Source: Thermomonas haemolytica
Lineage (GTDB): Bacteria > Pseudomonadota > Gammaproteobacteria > Xanthomonadales > Xanthomonadaceae
DNA length: 40,000 nt
NCBI RefSeq assembly: GCF_004346265.1
Contig: NZ_SMAP01000004.1
Coordinates: forward strand, 134,056-174,055
Direction of reading: 5' to 3'
The position numbers were made by a program, and so were the translations under genes. This document shows positions 38,559-40,000 of the stretch, in pieces; the first letter of the stretch is position 1, and each line of letters starts with the position of its first letter. The notes below the pieces were generated by a model. The model ran no database searches and was not told the origin of the DNA. It saw nothing but the letters and a program-made list of their open reading frames with translations.

Positions 38559-39059
38559 ATGTCCAGCGTCACCCTCAAAGGCAACCCGGTCCGCGTCGGC
38601 GGCCAGCTCCCGGCCGTCGGCAGCAAGGCCCCGGCGTTCTCGCTGGTCGGCACCGACCTGGCCGATCGCTCGCTGGCGGACTTCGCCGGCAAGCGCAAGC
38701 TGCTCAACATCTTCCCCAGCGTCGATACCGGCGTGTGTGCCGCGTCGGTGCGGCATTTCAACCAGGACGCCGCCAAGCTGGCCGATACCGTGGTGCTGTG
38801 CATCTCCGCCGACCTGCCGTTCGCGCAGGCGCGCTTCTGCGGCGCGGAGGGCATCGACAACGTGGTGATGCTGTCCACCCTGCGCGGTAGCGCGTTCCTG
38901 CGCGACTACGGCGTGGCGCTGGAGGATGGGCCGCTGGCCGGGCTGGCGGCACGCGCGGTCATCGTGCTGGATGCCGACGACACGGTCCGCCACGTGCAGC
39001 TGGTGCCGGAAATCACCCAGGAACCGGACTACGCCGCCGCGTTGGCCGCGCTGGGCTGA
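38559..39059 (+). CDS. tpx: Thiol peroxidase Tpx (atypical 2-Cys peroxiredoxin)
   Basis: 166 aa from ATG 38559 ([18 protein letters not shown]...), with the peroxidatic Cys in [10 protein letters not shown] and the resolving Cys in ARFCGAEG. Confidence 0.95.
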   Translation: MSSVTLKGNPVRVGGQLPAVGSKAPAFSLVGTDLADRSLADFAGKRKLLNIFPSVDTGVCAASVRHFNQDAAKLADTVVLCISADLPFAQARFCGAEGIDNVVMLSTLRGSAFLRDYGVALEDGPLAGLAARAVIVLDADDTVRHVQLVPEITQEPDYAAALAALG

Positions 39060-39087
39060 CGCCGGGGCGGGGCTTCCCCGTTTGCGG

Positions 39088-39238
39088 TGGGCCGATCCAT
39101 TCGTCGTTTGCCTGCGATGCCTGGTCCACCCTGAGGCCCCTCGCCTGCGATGGCCCGTCCACCCGTTCGTCCTGAGCCTGTCGAAGGATGAGCGGGGCGG
39201 CGGGCCCAACCGCGGTTCGACAGGCTCACCGCGAACGG
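39088..39238. repeat. Intergenic repeat cluster: about three degenerate ~33-bp tandem units ending in an imperfect 23-bp inverted repeat
   Basis: The tandem units start near 39088, 39121 and 39153, with shared cores gtccaccc and gcctgcgatg. The inverted repeat is ccgttcgtcctgagcctgtcgaa (39163-39185) against ttcgacaggctcaccgcgaacgg (39216-39238), matching 20 of 23 positions. It translates to LSLSKDE / SFDRLRTNG-type peptides, a known signature of a widespread GC-rich REP family. Confidence 0.7.
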
Positions 39239-39288
39239 GCTTGGGCACCAGCACCAACGGGAGCCGCAACCCGCGCGGCCGTGGAGCG

Positions 39289-40000
39289 TCAGGAGGCGAG
39301 GATGCCGAAGCGGCCGCTGTTGAAGTCGGCGATGGCCTGCAGGATTTCCTGCTGGCTGTTCATCACGAACGGGCCGTAGCCGACCACCGGCTCGTCGATC
39401 GGCTCGCCGGCGAGCAGCAGCAGCTTGGCCTCGCTGTGGGTCTCGATCGTGACGCCGGTGCCCGCGGTGGACAGCGTGGCCATCTGCGCCGGGCGCAGCA
39501 CCTGCGCGCCGTTCAGCTGGATGGTGCCGTCCAGCACCACCAGCAGCGTGGTCCAGCCCTCTGGCTGCGGCAGTTCCACCGTCTTGCCGGCGGCCAGGCG
39601 CAAGTCCCACACGTTCATCGGGGTAAAGGTGCGCGCGGGGCCGCGCTGGCCTGCGTATTCGCCGGCGATGATGCGCGCGGTGCCGGCGCCATCCGCCAGT
39701 GCGACCGCCGGGATCTGCGCGGCGAGGATGCCCTGGTAGCCGGCCGGGCCGAGCTTGTCCTTGGCCGGCAGGTTCACCCACAGCTGCACCATCTCGAACG
39801 GCCCGCCCTTCGCGGCGTACGCGGTGGAGTGGAACTCCTCGTGCAGGATGCCGCCGGCGGCGGTCATCCACTGCACGTCGCCCGGGCCGATCACGCCGCC
39901 GTTGCCGGCGGAGTCGCGGTGCTCCACTTCGCCCGCGTACACGATGGTCACGGTCTCGAACCCGCGGTGCGGGTGCTGGCCGACGCCGCGGCGCTCGCGG
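39289..40000 (-). CDS. Pirin-family protein (N-terminus outside the window)
   Basis: The frame is open to the window edge. It contains the pirin cupin motif QHPHRGFETVTIVYAGEVEHRDSAGNGG and the C-terminal cupin-like half. Confidence 0.9.
   Translation of the reverse strand, partial: RERRGVGQHPHRGFETVTIVYAGEVEHRDSAGNGGVIGPGDVQWMTAAGGILHEEFHSTAYAAKGGPFEMVQLWVNLPAKDKLGPAGYQGILAAQIPAVALADGAGTARIIAGEYAGQRGPARTFTPMNVWDLRLAAGKTVELPQPEGWTTLLVVLDGTIQLNGAQVLRPAQMATLSTAGTGVTIETHSEAKLLLLAGEPIDEPVVGYGPFVMNSQQEILQAIADFNSGRFGILAS

Noticed and set aside
39088-39238. Considered whether the repeated units could be a small CRISPR array.
   Set aside because: The units are degenerate and directly abutting, without unique spacers. 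They match a REP-like palindromic family signature, and no cas genes are nearby.

Overview
High-GC (about 68-70%) gammaproteobacterial chromosome segment, probably Xanthomonadales-like (inference from gene content and repeat types). It is almost fully coding and mostly housekeeping. From left to right: a MarR-OMP-EmrA-EmrB efflux operon; ffh; the rimP-nusA-infB-rbfA-truB-rpsO-pnp block; a minus-strand run with 3-hydroxyanthranilate dioxygenase, a RidA-like deaminase, a beta-carbonic anhydrase, an aldehyde dehydrogenase, nei, an SDR, a PAP2 phosphatase and a GT4 glycosyltransferase; tRNA-Leu(CAA); metX; a complete ccmABCDEFGHI operon; and an aminotransferase / MsrA-Trx-MsrB / omega-amidase / tpx / pirin group. 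The clear anomaly is a roughly 2.3 kb islet at the 3' side of tRNA-Leu (about 24160-26434). It holds a frameshifted phage terminase remnant followed by a low-GC (hand-counted 43-50%) two-gene cassette. That cassette encodes a 334-aa soluble protein I cannot assign to any family and a 166-aa four-TM protein, and the two ORFs overlap out of frame by 167 nt. The architecture resembles RexA/RexB-type or Kiwa-type membrane-coupled phage exclusion modules, but homology cannot be established here. It is my top candidate for an undescribed system. Secondary observations: a palindromic repeat embedded in frame in the 5' end of ccmH, an attenuator-like leader upstream of rimP, a beta-CA at the position where ACMS decarboxylase would be expected, and a membrane-anchored MsrA-CPYC-MsrB fusion.
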